From contig NC_042998.1 of assembly GCF_006345805.1 (NCBI RefSeq), forward strand, positions 188,170,001-188,234,000: a stretch of DNA of 64,000 bases. Reading direction: 5' to 3'. The translations under genes were made by a program, and so were the position numbers. Source of the stretch: Octopus sinensis. Taxonomy: Eukaryota. Positions 1 through 11,723 of the stretch are shown here, in pieces (position 1 is the first letter of the stretch; each line of letters starts with the position of its first letter). Below the pieces are notes generated by a model, which saw nothing but the letters and a program-made list of their open reading frames with translations, made no database searches and was not told the DNA's origin.

Positions 1-552
1 AATAGAGAGATTCAATTGACAATCTAATAATTTATATATAATATAATGTGATATTATATATTATGAATATAATATAAGAACATAAAAGATCATTAAAAGA
101 CCGTCTACTATATCTATCTATCAATCTGTCTGTCTACCTCTATACGTACAATATGTATGTGTATGTATATATATATATAGACACACACACATATAGATGT
201 ATAGGCATATGTATTTATACGTATGTGTTTGTACACACACATGCACATACACACGCACACACATATGCATACACAGTTACACTAGTTTAGCATTCGCGGA
301 AATATTCGAGGATATGACCCGTACAATTGTAATATTGCCAAGCCCCATTGGGTCTTTCCTCTCCCACGTTCATCATCTAAGCTGTGGCTGTAGCAGAAGG
401 GAAGTTCTCATACGCGGTTAAGTACTCACTCGTCTTTCATACAAAATCTGACTAAGCCCGTATGCCTGCAAAGTTTATATTTGTCAATCGAGGCCGCCAC
501 CAATTTAATATTGGTTTTCTTTTTCTTTATGTACTTCTTATGTTTCCCTGCA

Positions 553-582
553 TGTGTGTATATGTATTTATATTCATGTATA

Positions 583-677
<95 letters not shown>

Positions 678-690
678 TGTGTGTGTGTTT
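553..690. repeat. Compound (TA)n/(TG)n microsatellite
   Basis: Direct reading of dinucleotide tracts. Confidence 0.95.
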
Positions 691-1034
691 TCATGTGTTT
701 ATATATCAAAGACTCTTTAAGGAAGAGTCTCGTCTCTGGTAAGTTTAATTTGAAATTAACGAGTAGTAGCAAAATTTTCACATCTCTGCGACAGGCAAGT
801 AATAAAAAACGCCTTTTTGTTTCAAATTTTTAAAAACTTAAAAAAAATAAACACTTTTTTCACTTCGACGATACCAAGCAAAATTCCTGGTGCAATGTGT
901 AACTGGTGTCGCTAAAGGGAAATCCCCAAAACAAAAACTAAAAACAGATGAATAATGACAGACGATTAAAAGAAAACAAGGTAATGAATAACAGCTGAAT
1001 ATGTACGTGCTTGTGTATATATGCAAATATATAA

Positions 1035-4000
1035 AGAACGGTGGTCAGAATTTTGGATCAAATTGCAGCTGCTCAACATTATTCCATTAGTCAGCAATGC
1101 TCGGGCTAGGATTGAGTGCGTGCATAACAGTTTCGTTACATTCCGCGCATCTCATAAGGACTGCCACCAGGTATTAATGTTCGAAAAACTTTTCGTTGAT
1201 CTAAAATGATTAGTTACCCATCTATTTCAAGTTTCTTACCCGCCTTCTCTATGACGTATCGCATGAGGTGGAGGTCGCAGTTTGCGCGTCCCTAATCAGA
1301 TCATCTGCGACAGTGTCACCATCTTGGTTAACACACTGGTCAATATTTTGAAATTTGAGTTTAACAGAGTTACAATTATCATTATGATCTGTCTTTTGTG
1401 AGTCTTTTCTCAGCAGCGCGACAGTTCCACAATTTGCAGAACTGGGAATTCTCCCGTCCTGCTACTAGTTGCGGTAAACACTGTCAAGAGGGCTCCAGAA
1501 TGTCTCGTATACAAAAGTAAAGCTCGTACGACAGACCATCCAAGCCAGGCGATTTGCCAGCCAGCAGTGCAGCCAGCCACCGCTTCCCTTATTTTCGCGG
1601 CTGTTACAGACTTTTCGAAATATTCCCCCTCTTTTACCGAGAGTCGCAGCAGATCGTCGAACTATGCACTGGAATACATCCTACGTTTCGACCTGCTATT
1701 TGCCCCGAACAGTGGACAAAAGTGCTGTTGAAAAGTTGTACGCACCCCATTATGATATGCACCCCATTATGGGCCGTCAAATGCCTAATTGTGACTTTTT
1801 TGCCACGCCCTACCTGTGCCATTCAGGCCCGTCGAACGGCTTTCGTTCTCTCGTGTTTTAGAGCATTTGCCTTAGCTGTGATAATGTAGTCTTCATGCTG
1901 CGTGTTAAAAAATTGGTCGAGTGCCAATTTTGTCGCGGACACGTCGTTTGCGATACCTTTCAGTTTCTAGCTATGTCTCTCTCTTTCTATTGTATTTTTC
2001 CGTATCGCTGCAACCTTACTAAACCTTATCAATTCTTCTGTTACCGTACTTTTTAGGACGAACCCCTACTTGCTGTTGGCAATTGTTCCCATCAACGTCC
2101 TCTTACATAATTCACTAATCCGATCTCTGAAAGATTTGCACGGCGAGTGCATCTCGTTCAGCTTCTAGTATTCAAGTCTCTATCTACTAGGCATATCTAG
2201 TTCAATCATACAGATCACAAGTTTGCAGGCTGTGTAGCCGACGAGTTTTAAAATGTGGAGAACCTATGCTCTCCTTCTTTACTGACCTACAGAATATTCT
2301 ATCACGATACGATCTGTGTTACCCGATGTTGTTTCTCCATGTCCAAATTGATATATTCAAATATTCAATAGGTACCTGTTGGAAATATCTGAGTAGATTT
2401 TTGAGGCTATTGTTCTCCACCTCCTTTCACCTAGTCTCACATCCAAGACCACCATCTTATCTCCTGAACCCAAGGAGTTGGTCCGTATCGTGAGATCCAA
2501 ACCCGTTACGAACAACAAAACAGCTCCGTTGACAATCCTGGTCAATTTGAAGAAAAGTAGATCTCGTATCCGACGAAGTTGGGCTTGAAGGCTTGTGGAT
2601 CGGAATGTCTGGTCTCGCTTGATAGCCACATGTGTATCTAGTGACCTGAGATCGTTGAGAAGAGGAATCTGCATCCAAGGTGACCTCCTTTACAGTATTC
2701 ATTTTTTAAAGATTTTTGTATGTGTTGTGATATTAGAATGATTTTTATATGGTGTGATAATGTAGTGTAGTCATTGTGTGTAGTGTTTTTATGTTGGTAT
2801 ATGTGAAGCATTAGTTCTTTTTGCTCGCGTTTACAGCCTTGTAATTTATGATGCATTTTTTTCTTGTTCGTATTGGGGTGTATGATCCTACCGTTGTCGT
2901 GTAAGGTGGTGTCTGTGATAGTAGTGGTTGTGGCGATGGTTGATGGTGTTGGTAATCCTGTTGTAGCTGCTGGTGGGGTTGGTGTTGGTGCGTCGTTACT
3001 TAAAAGCATATCCCAATTTGTTCGTTTTTGCTAGTTTTTTTTGTGTCCATGCTTTTTGTTTAATTTTCTTTTCTTTGGATTGGTAACTTTTTATCATTTA
3101 AGTTTCTCACCGACTCCTTTGCCACACAATATGTTCCTAGTAGGGGAGGGGGATATCTTGCACGGACATCGTCATTTTCTGTTGCTTAGTGACTATCAGT
3201 TGCTGTTGCTGCTGGTGATGTAGTAACTCTTGAGGATAGTGTTTCTTTTGTTGCTGTTGTTTTCACTCTTATTGTTATTGTTGCTGCTATTGTTGTCGAT
3301 GCTGCTTGAAATCCTGTAGCTGAGGCAGCAATCACTATTGCTGCGGTTACATGCTGCCATTTTCTGCCGTTGTTAGGGGTACAATGCCCCCTGGCGATTA
3401 GTATTTCCACAGTGGTAAAATCGAGACCTACCTTCCACTACCACCTGCATTTGCCACCCCGCTAAGATCCGTATTAAATCCAGGATTATGCTTGTTTCTC
3501 AAGTTTCACCTGAATGAAAATCACCAACTCCACCTCTACCCAGTCGTCTTTTCAGAATCTTTTTATTTTTAGCATCGTGCCAGGTTCTTCCAAAATTTCA
3601 CTATCCACGAATAGTTTGTTACTGATAATATATTTGAAATTTTCGCTCTAATCACTCTTCGTTCTAGATAACTCGGTAACAATGTGTAATTCTCACTTCT
3701 TTATGGGATGGTGGAGTGCTTCCGTCTTAGAGTTTCCGAATGGAAAATAACTTGGGTGTATCCGAACTTATCGGCATGTCCCACAAAAATGGTCTGAAGG
3801 TATAACGGTCTAAGTTGTGCCTTTTCGTCGATAGGTATCCATATAGAAAGAATTGTTTTTGTTAGTCTAAAAGGTGTTGTGCTATTTTGAAGCGTAACTT
3901 TTCTCTTTTCTATTCTGTTGATGTGTTTCACGTTTCTTCTATATATAGTGAGATAAAATCGGACACGTTTGTGACCTTGGCCAAAGAGAAAAAAAAGCTC

Positions 4001-4370
4001 GCTCTGTTGTTTTTTTTACTGTTACTGATGTTGTTAGTATCATTGTTGTCTCTACTCTTATTGCTTCCGCCTGAGGTGATTGTGGTGCAGGTGGTTGTGG
4101 CAATACAAGACTTGTTGCTACTGGTAATTTTGTAAATTTCTTTTGAGATGTTATGCTACAGGTATTGTTATTGCTGTTACTGTTGTTGTTGCTACAGATA
4201 CTGCTGCAACTATTTTTAATTACTACTACGTTTGAAGTAGTGTGCAGTAGTAGATGACTGCCACAGGGACGGTTTCACCTTCAAAACCATCTCCTATCGT
4301 TCTATTTTGGACGACTGGACGACAAAGACAATGCCATTTTGATACTTCTGTATCTGTCTTTGCGCTTGAA
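1035..4370 (-). mobile_element. Degenerate Tx1/L1-clade non-LTR retrotransposon: ORF1 remnant, APE endonuclease and N-terminal RT; 3' part missing
   Basis: Minus-strand peptides with stops/frameshifts: GKSPGLDGLSYELY (~1520-1560, RT domain 0); LIRDAQT and DLHLMRYVIEKAGKKLEIDG*LIILDQRKVF (~1190-1300, RT domains 2-3); Y*KLN (GYWKLN-like, ~2165); RSPWMQIPLLNDLRSLDTHVA (~2630-2690, APE start); VVVEGR..YHCG..GHC knuckle-like remnant (~3380-3450). ORF1 and the 5' boundary are less certain. Confidence 0.8.
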
Positions 4371-4374
4371 TCTC

Positions 4375-4937
4375 TTGCTATTTCCTTTTTTGTGCTTTTT
4401 TCTCTTTAAATTTCTCTTTCACCACACAATTATCAGTTTTGATGATTCCTGACATCCTCACATGCCACAGTAATAGTTTCACAGCACTTTTCACATACCT
4501 CACTAAACAGTTTTTCTCTGATTCAACACAATTGATTAAACCTCCCTCACTCTTTCTTCTGATTGGTGTCTCTCTCTCTTGGAATGAAAGGCTCCATGCA
4601 ATGTCAATAATTTCAGTGTCTTCGTATCTATACTCGTCAGTTCATTTTTTTTGCCAGTCTATGATTCCACCTCCATACCTAAGTGATGCTATCGCCCATC
4701 TATTGCTTGGAATTTATCCCATCCAGTCAATTTTGAGCGCCACACCAACCATAGTCTTCGAGAATACTTTTCTTCAGCTGTTCTTTTATTCCCTTCTGCA
4801 TGATTTCATGGCATACTCTAAAATGCCATGGTACTTATAGCCTTCTTGTTCAATTTGTTTCATTACTTCCCTATTTGGTAATTCTCTCCCTGCTAGGGAC
4901 TACACCTGTCCTCTTTTTAGATTCATTACAAGCATTG
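4375..4937 (-). mobile_element. R4/Dong-like RLE LINE, post-RT segment, inverted relative to the adjoining 3' segment
   Basis: Minus strand: LVMNLKRGQV..ELPNREVMKQIEQEGYKYHGILE...SKLTGW...WAIASLRYGGGIIDW...LLTLHGAFH...RMSGIIKTDNCV. Shares GCGCTCAAAATTGACTGGATGG with the plus-strand copy near 24880. Confidence 0.85.
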
Positions 4938-5622
4938 GAGATAAATTATGTGTAAGTGCAGAATTGATAAAACAACTGAGAGCGACAAATGCAGAATGCA
5001 TGGTAAGAAGGTTGAAACAGAGTGGAACATTGTTAGTGAATGCCCGAAATTGGTACAGCGTGGCTACAAAGGCGACATGACAATGTTGCAAGAATGGTCC
5101 ATTGGGAAATTAGTGGAAATTATTGCTTAGAAGGATCAAAGACGTAGTATGACCAAATTCCGGAAGGAGTTGCTGAGAAAATGGGATCGCAAAACCCTAT
5201 GCGTTGCAATGATTGAGTGTGACCATCATATTTACTATTGGAAACCTGACATTGACGCAGTGAAAAGAAAAGAAAAAAAAAACATGCTTGATAATTGACA
5301 TAACATGTCCTGGTAACAACAGGACCAGAGAGAAAGAAGAAAAATTGAATAACTATGATGAATTGAAGTGGAAAATACGCTGGTTGTGGGCAATGAAGAA
5401 AGTGGACATGATAGCAATAATGTTTGGTGTACTTGGACGTTTTCAGTACCAACTACCTACATGTAATGATAAAATATCTACAAAAAAATCATCCTTGCTT
5501 GGGACTGCAAGAGTCCTCCGCTGAGTTCTCGAAGTATGATCAGTAAACAAGTGTCATCTTAGTCTGGTGGCTGTGGACAGTTGACACTTTCCAACATAGA
5601 TAGCAAAACAAAGCTGAGAATT

Positions 5623-5625
<3 letters not shown>
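4938..5625 (+). mobile_element. R4/Dong-like RLE LINE 3' end: CCHC knuckle, PD-(D/E)xK endonuclease, 3' UTR, (AAT)n tail
   Basis: KCRIDKTTESDKCRM...NIVSECPKL...KPDI...CLIIDITCPG..REKEEKLNNYDELKW...SLLGTARVLR*, followed by a UTR and (AAT)n. Confidence 0.9.
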
Positions 5626-5684
<59 letters not shown>

Positions 5685-5802
5685 CACTTTCCATACAATA
5701 ACCATCAGAGCATCACAACAAATCACAGCACATACCTAAGGCACACAGAGCTGCGCTCGGTAGTGAAGTGAAAGCACGCTATAAAAATAAAACTACTGAA
5801 TG

Positions 5803-5837
<35 letters not shown>

Positions 5838-5868
5838 AATAATAATAATGATAATAATGATAATGATG

Positions 5869-5918
<50 letters not shown>
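5626..5918 (+). mobile_element. (AAT)n tracts enclosing a ~120-bp 3' terminus of a probable second RLE LINE family (5683-5800)
   Basis: LSIQ* stop, then UTR ...GCACACAGAGCTGCGCTCGGTAGTGAAGTGAAAGCACG...ACTACTGAAT, flanked both sides by (AAT)n. Family assignment rests on resemblance and position. Confidence 0.6.
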
Positions 5919-5920
<2 letters not shown>

Positions 5921-6290
5921 AATGCTAAAACAATACCTGTTGTCATAGGTGCCCTGGGAATGATAGCAAAAGGGGCTGATTGCTACCTAACTCAGATACC
6001 AGGAAACCTCAAAATGGCAGAAATTCAAAAGATAGTGCTCATGGGAACTGCTCATATCCTACGCAAAATACTATCTATGTAACCTCAAGTTTTAAAACAA
6101 ACATCATTTTCGTATGGTTCTTTAGGCATTCACTAGTACAACACTAAGTACAAAACCAAATATATGGCACCCTAGCCATAACACCAACATGAACTTCCAA
6201 CTTGTTGTCTCTTGAGGTCTCTGGGTGAGACTTGGAGTCAGCTTGTGCAAATGTAAAGCAAAAGTCAAACATAGACTAATAATAATAATA
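5919..6290 (+). mobile_element. 3' end of a third RLE LINE family
   Basis: KTIPVVIGALGMIAKGADCYLTQIPGNLKMAEIQKIVLMGTAHILRKILSM*, a distinct UTR, and a short AAT tail. Confidence 0.85.
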
Positions 6291-6296
6291 ACAACA

Positions 6297-6462
6297 CCAA
6301 CCGAAAATGTGATGTACCGACAAACATTTAAGAAACTAGATGAAGAAGAAAGAATAAACAACTGGAAAATGAAACTACTGCATGGGCAATACCTCAGAGA
6401 AATCGAACGAAAGGACAAGATCAACACTTAGAGATGGCTAAGAAAACGTGATCTGAAAGGAT
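6297..6462 (+). mobile_element. Isolated internal RLE LINE fragment (linker between RT and zinc knuckle)
   Basis: TENVMYRQTFKKLDEEERINNWKMKLLHGQYLREIERKDKINT*RWLRKRDLKG (HGQY motif). Confidence 0.75.
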
Positions 6463-6524
6463 CACCTAATTTATCTTTTTACTTTTCCTTATATGTCACA
6501 CCAAATCATACACTAATAATAATA

Positions 6525-6730
6525 ATCCTTTCTACATTTGACACGAAGCCTGAAATTTTGTAGGGAGGGAATAAGTTGATTACATCGACCCCAGGACTCA
6601 ACTGGCTCTTATTTTATCGACCCCGAAAGGATGAAAGGCAAAGTTGACCCTGGTAGAATTTGAACTCAGAACGTAATGCTGCTAGGTATTTTGTCCCACG
6701 TGCTAACGACTTTGTCAGCTAGCCACCTTA
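6525..6730 (-). mobile_element. SINE family B (tRNA-like head, GCCTTTCATCCTTTCGGGGTCGATAAA core), diverged
   Basis: Homologous to 9397-9611 and 19108-19318. Confidence 0.8.
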
Positions 6731-7379
6731 CTACCACTAATAATAATATACTGAAAACTCGGTAAATTACAAATCTTCTTATCACTCAATAACTAATATG
6801 GTTTACAAATTTGGATGTCAATGCCAAAGTTGTAAACTTCACGACTTTTTAATTTATTTATTTTAACACCGCTGATTTTCTGACATTTTCCGTGACTTTT
6901 AAACTTCTTTTTTTCTCTTGCAGTTATCGCCTACTTTTACTTTCTTCAATAACTATAAACAAGTTTTTAAACTAATTTATATATATTCAATTATTAGTTC
7001 TGAACAGATAAGTCGATCGAAACATATTTATAAATCTGAAGACTCTTGTTTATAAAATGTATGTATTTAACTATTACTTCTGAAGTATCGACTATTATTT
7101 TGTTTCTGAGTGCTCTTGTTCTAGTGAACAAGCATTCTAACAAATAAGCTCCTATTTCTGCGCCATTTACATTCACGGTATTAAAAATGCAGACACTGCA
7201 AATCACTATGTCAACCAAGACCATCGCCATCCCAACAAAAGAAATCTACATAAAATGCTTGGAGCAGAAAACTGACAACTTCAGCAAATGGCTTTGATTG
7301 CGCGCTTATTCATATTTTTATAACAACGTCTACCAGACGTAGTTATAAAAATAGCTAAATTTATTGAATAGCAATACTT

Positions 7380-7580
7380 AGATCCTACTTAATGTAGATG
7401 TATTCTTTTCTAGACCATTAGAACGAAAACTATGGACAGTGTAGTAATAGTTATCTGGCGAATCATGTAAAACCTGTACATTACAGCTCTTTTTACGCAA
7501 ATTAACTTTCAGAATTATGTGCAAAGAGGTCTTTGAGATATTGAACCTGTAAACAACAGTACGAAGAGACATACATTTTC
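7380..7580 (-). mobile_element. Possible Tc1/mariner-superfamily transposase HTH fragment
   Basis: SLRTVVYRFNISKTSLHIILKVNLRKKSCNVQVLH resembles the second HTH region of rosa/maT transposases; short and degenerate. Confidence 0.45.
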
Positions 7581-7799
7581 ATCAGTGATTTACTCACAGT
7601 GTTCATTTTATCCTCTAGCATACTTAGATACCCGCTCTTTTCATCCTGTAAATTTGTTCTCTAGTTAACGTATCGCCTTTGTTGAATTTCTTCTCAAACT
7701 TATTTCTGATTTCGTTGAACTTCTTTCCTTGGATTCATCATATAATTATTGCTATACCCTCATTTGTATTCATCTAAGGGTCTTCCCATAAACCATCTT

Positions 7800-8090
7800 A
7801 AACTAGCAAGTCATTTGGATCGTATCTGGCATGCAAATCTCTTGTCTAAAACACCAGTGTACAGACTTCATCCGTCATTCGACTTTTGTGTCGGAAGTTT
7901 GCTGTGAGATCGCTCAGTTGCAGCGACAATTGATGAATCTCTCTTTATTCTAAATCCCTTTATATCTGGAATGCGGCAAGGTTCGGTTAGACTTGCCGCA
8001 CTCTTCCTCTTGTACATTAACGACCCATTTACTATCACTTAAAACGATAACTTCTTTGCAGATGATGTCACTTTTCATTCCTTAGCATTC
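7800..8090 (+). mobile_element. Jockey/L2/CR1-group RT fragment
   Basis: FDRIWH-like ..NLLSK, then SGMRQGSV...LFLLYIND....FFADDVT (RT domains 3-5). Confidence 0.7.
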
Positions 8091-9396
8091 TGCAGTTAGA
8101 CATCAGAGTAATTTCGCATCATATATATCATAGTCTCTAACAATATTGATCTCGAAAACCCTCTGCAAGAAACTGACAATATCATTTACTTCAACAGTAC
8201 GCAAACACTGTATTCGCATATCAGCGAAGAAATAGAGTAAATCACACCCTCTAGTTTTGGACAACGCACAGTTAAAATCCTCAGAGTTGTTACAAATGCT
8301 AGACTTCAGATTCACTGGTAATTTCTCTTGACAATCTCACATTCATAACGGAAAAAAGAGTAACCTTCAGAGGTGAATAGACAGAAGGAAGGCGACTCTT
8401 TGGAAAGAGCTAGCTATTTGCATTCCACTTTACCCAATACACTTGTGTTTGTTTCTGCGTATCCTCCCAGGCATCTAACCTAATCTTTCCACTCCAGAAA
8501 AGGATCCATCGACAATTATCTTTCTATCAAGATTTTGTAAGATCTTGCGAAGAATTTGATACATCACTTGTTTTTTCTTTTATTTATTAAGCAGTAGAAG
8601 TCGAATGACTATGTACAAACATAGAGCTACAGCTTTTACTTTATATTTTGTTAAGAATTGCAGACATTTGCTGGAGTCTCCATTGATATATGTCTGATAC
8701 GTAACATGAAGATATTAGAAGTTGGAAAAATGAAGTGGCTATCGGTGGTTTTAAAACAAGAATGTTGAAAAAAGAAACTGAATATCACGAGGTGCAATAT
8801 TATTTTAGTGAATTCGCTACTCTAAATTATAATTAAAATGAAATTAATGCTATTATATCATTAACTCGAACCGTGACACATGATATTTCCGCGTATTTTC
8901 GATTTCTACAAAGGAACTCACAATAACTTCTTATTGTATTGAAAAGATGATTTAATTGCTAAATGTTATCACTTGTGCTCTATCTTCTCTAATTTCTGAA
9001 TTAGATGTGAAATGTCTAAATTAGTTTCGATGGTTTAGAGATCAGAAACTGGAAATCTGTGACATATAATTCATATAATTCCAAGTCGACAAACAAAGCA
9101 TATAAAATAGAATATGTAACCGGCTCATTATTTCACCCCGGATCAGGATATTTATTGGCCCACATAAACATTCAATTGTATGCATATACGCACGTTAAGA
9201 TCAATATACACACGCGCAAGTACAAGCTCCACCACGTTACGGAAATTTGCATTACTGAACAATGTTACCGTAACACAGAATGCCGTAGCGTGGAACCCAT
9301 ATTCCATTAACATGGAACTGAATGGGAAAACACTTTTCGCTTTACCGACTTTCATGATACAGCAAGATTTTCAAGAACGCAACGTTTCTGAATTAT

Positions 9397-9611
9397 TTTT
9401 TTCTACTTTAAGTACAAGGCCCGAAATTTTTGGGGCGGGAGCAAGTCGATTAGATCGACCCCAGTACGCAACTGGCACTTAATTTATCGACACCGAAAGA
9501 ATAAAAGGCAAAGTCGACCTCGGCGGAATTTGAATCCAGAACGTAAAGACAGACGAAATACCGCTAAGCATTTCGCCAGGCGTGCTAACGTTTCTGCCAG
9601 CTCGCCGCCTT
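9397..9611 (-). mobile_element. SINE family B, full length, with 18-bp TSD
   Basis: GCAA(C/T)GTTTCTGAATTAT at 9379-9396 and 9612-9629 (1 mismatch); head AAGGCGGCGAGCTGGCAGAAACGTTAGCACG. Confidence 0.9.
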
Positions 9612-11407
9612 GCAATGTTTCTGAATTATGGAAGATGCCTGTACATACACAAGTGTAGGCACATAAAATTAGAGACAAGCAGAAGAAGATTAAGATAAAC
9701 CAAAATACAGATGCACAATCAAACTATTAACTGTAATACTCGAAGATAAATGGAAGAAAACATTAAATTTATTGCAAGGCAATCCAATGCGGTCACCGCC
9801 CAAAAAGTTCCATCATCAATGTGAATGTAAAGTGATTAATGATAATTAACATTGATCGACTTTTAAATGGAACTGAATCGTTTTTCAAATTTCCCGTCTG
9901 GAAGTTGTATTACCGTTCTCATGCAACAATTAGGAAAACAAGGAGACGATAACTAAAAGGTGCAAAGAAATTCCTTAAATCTGGCTAAATATTTTGCACA
10001 GCATTCATTCTCATCAGAAGCAAGGTATACTATCCCCAAAACGTTATTGCAGTGCCTAGTCAGCCTACAAAATGTACAAATAACGATAGTTAACAAGCCA
10101 AAGGCGAAACCTTTACGCGTTTCGGTTGTTTGACCATCTGAAAATAATGTCATATTTTATTCAAATCACACTCTACAATCTTAAAAACAGAAGGACAAAT
10201 TGAATGATATATTTCTAGATACAGCATGTGTAAAAATATATATACTAGTCAGAGTTATCGCATCTCTGATTGGAGGTCTGTCCGATGTTAGAGCCGAAGC
10301 GTGACTTTATAATAAAACAGAAAATAATTTTGGCTTGAGTAGCATACTATGATTTCAGTAGTCCAGGCTGGATAGGAGGAGATTAAAAATCTTCGACACA
10401 AGATGGAGCAGTGTTATTGAAATTAACGCCACAAAAATCACAACAGAATTTGTTGATCAAGTTGTAACTTCACTTCACGAGGACTCCAATTCCATTATAG
10501 TCATTTATGTAAGTTATAAACCAAAAATACAATGTGAATTACTTAGCAAATATAAGTAGGTCGTACCAGTTTGTAAATTACTTAGCAAATATAGTAGGTC
10601 GTACCAGTTCAGAAAGTTGTAATTTCAATAGCATACAAAATCATTAAAATCTTTCCAAAATTTAAACTCACCCAAACGAATGGTTCGAACAATAACTTTG
10701 TTCTTCTTTTAAGCAAACTTTCAGTGAAACATTATAACCTAGCATTAGCACCAGCCAAGTACAATCTACCCAGATTACAGATCTGGAAATAACATTAGCC
10801 TAATATTGATTATTATACACCAAAGTCTATAACATCAATTGTATCAAATACATTGCAGCGTATGATCACAGTTACCATGTTTTCTGCAAATGAAGTTTCT
10901 TAGATTAATCTCTTATTTCAACGGTCCCACATGTTAACGAATCAACAATAAGGAAATAATTTTTTTTTGCTTTATATTTTTATAAATGAAAAAGCACCGG
11001 TCGACTTTTATGAAGGTAACAGTGTACAATTATGGCTCTAGTTCACAGTTCCAACGCAACCGTCCGAATTTTGAAACTAGACAATTTAAGTGTTCTCCCA
11101 TCTACCATAGAATAATAAAAAAAAAAGCTATATAAGTTTATTTGTGTTTTGGTTGAGGCCGTTTGAAGAAGAAATCTGCTTGTGTTATGCAACTATAGAT
11201 GTATTTTATCCCAGATTTTATAAATTAGGCGATCAAGGAAATGCTATATGACAAACTGACGAACTTCAACACTACTTAGGTTATCTTGATTTAATTTATA
11301 TCTGTAAACTTTGTAATTTATGTAAAAGTTGTCTTTTTCAGTTTATTGAACTGTTGATTTTTAGTTCTATATTTAAGAGATGAGGAATTATGTACATTAT
11401 TTACATT

Positions 11408-11521
11408 ATTTACAATTGACGGATATTATTTCTCATCTTGTTTGTTGTTAACCACTACGCCATATGCCCGTGGGCATATGGCGTAGTGGTCAAGATTCCG
11501 AGTTCGACTCCAGGCAGCGTT

Positions 11522-11574
<53 letters not shown>

Positions 11575-11723
11575 TAATAATAATATCATCGAAAAATACC
11601 TTAGGAATGAGAACCCAGGTTTGAAATTTCCCCAAGACACCCGATGAAGGCTAGAGAGTATATCAGCCGAAACGTTGTGTTAACAACAAACAAGATGAGG
11701 ACAAATATCCGTCAAATGTAAAT
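11408..11723. mobile_element. Fold-back element: head-to-head tRNA-like head, (AAT)n, Penelope-pLTR-like tail
   Basis: 19-bp-arm palindrome 11451-11490 (GT spacer); 45-bp outer inverted repeats 11408-11452 / 11679-11723 (4 mismatches); A-box TGGCGTAGTGG 11479-11489; B-box GAGTTCGACTCC 11500-11511; (AAT)n 11524-11585. Confidence 0.75.
11636..11681 (+). ncRNA. Minimal type I hammerhead-ribozyme-like motif (U4C variant, possibly inactive)
   Basis: Stem I GACAC/GTGTT; core CCGATGA plus one extra A; stem II GGCT/AGCC; GAAA; palindromic stem III ACGT; GUU triplet with the cleavage site after 11676. Confidence 0.55.
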
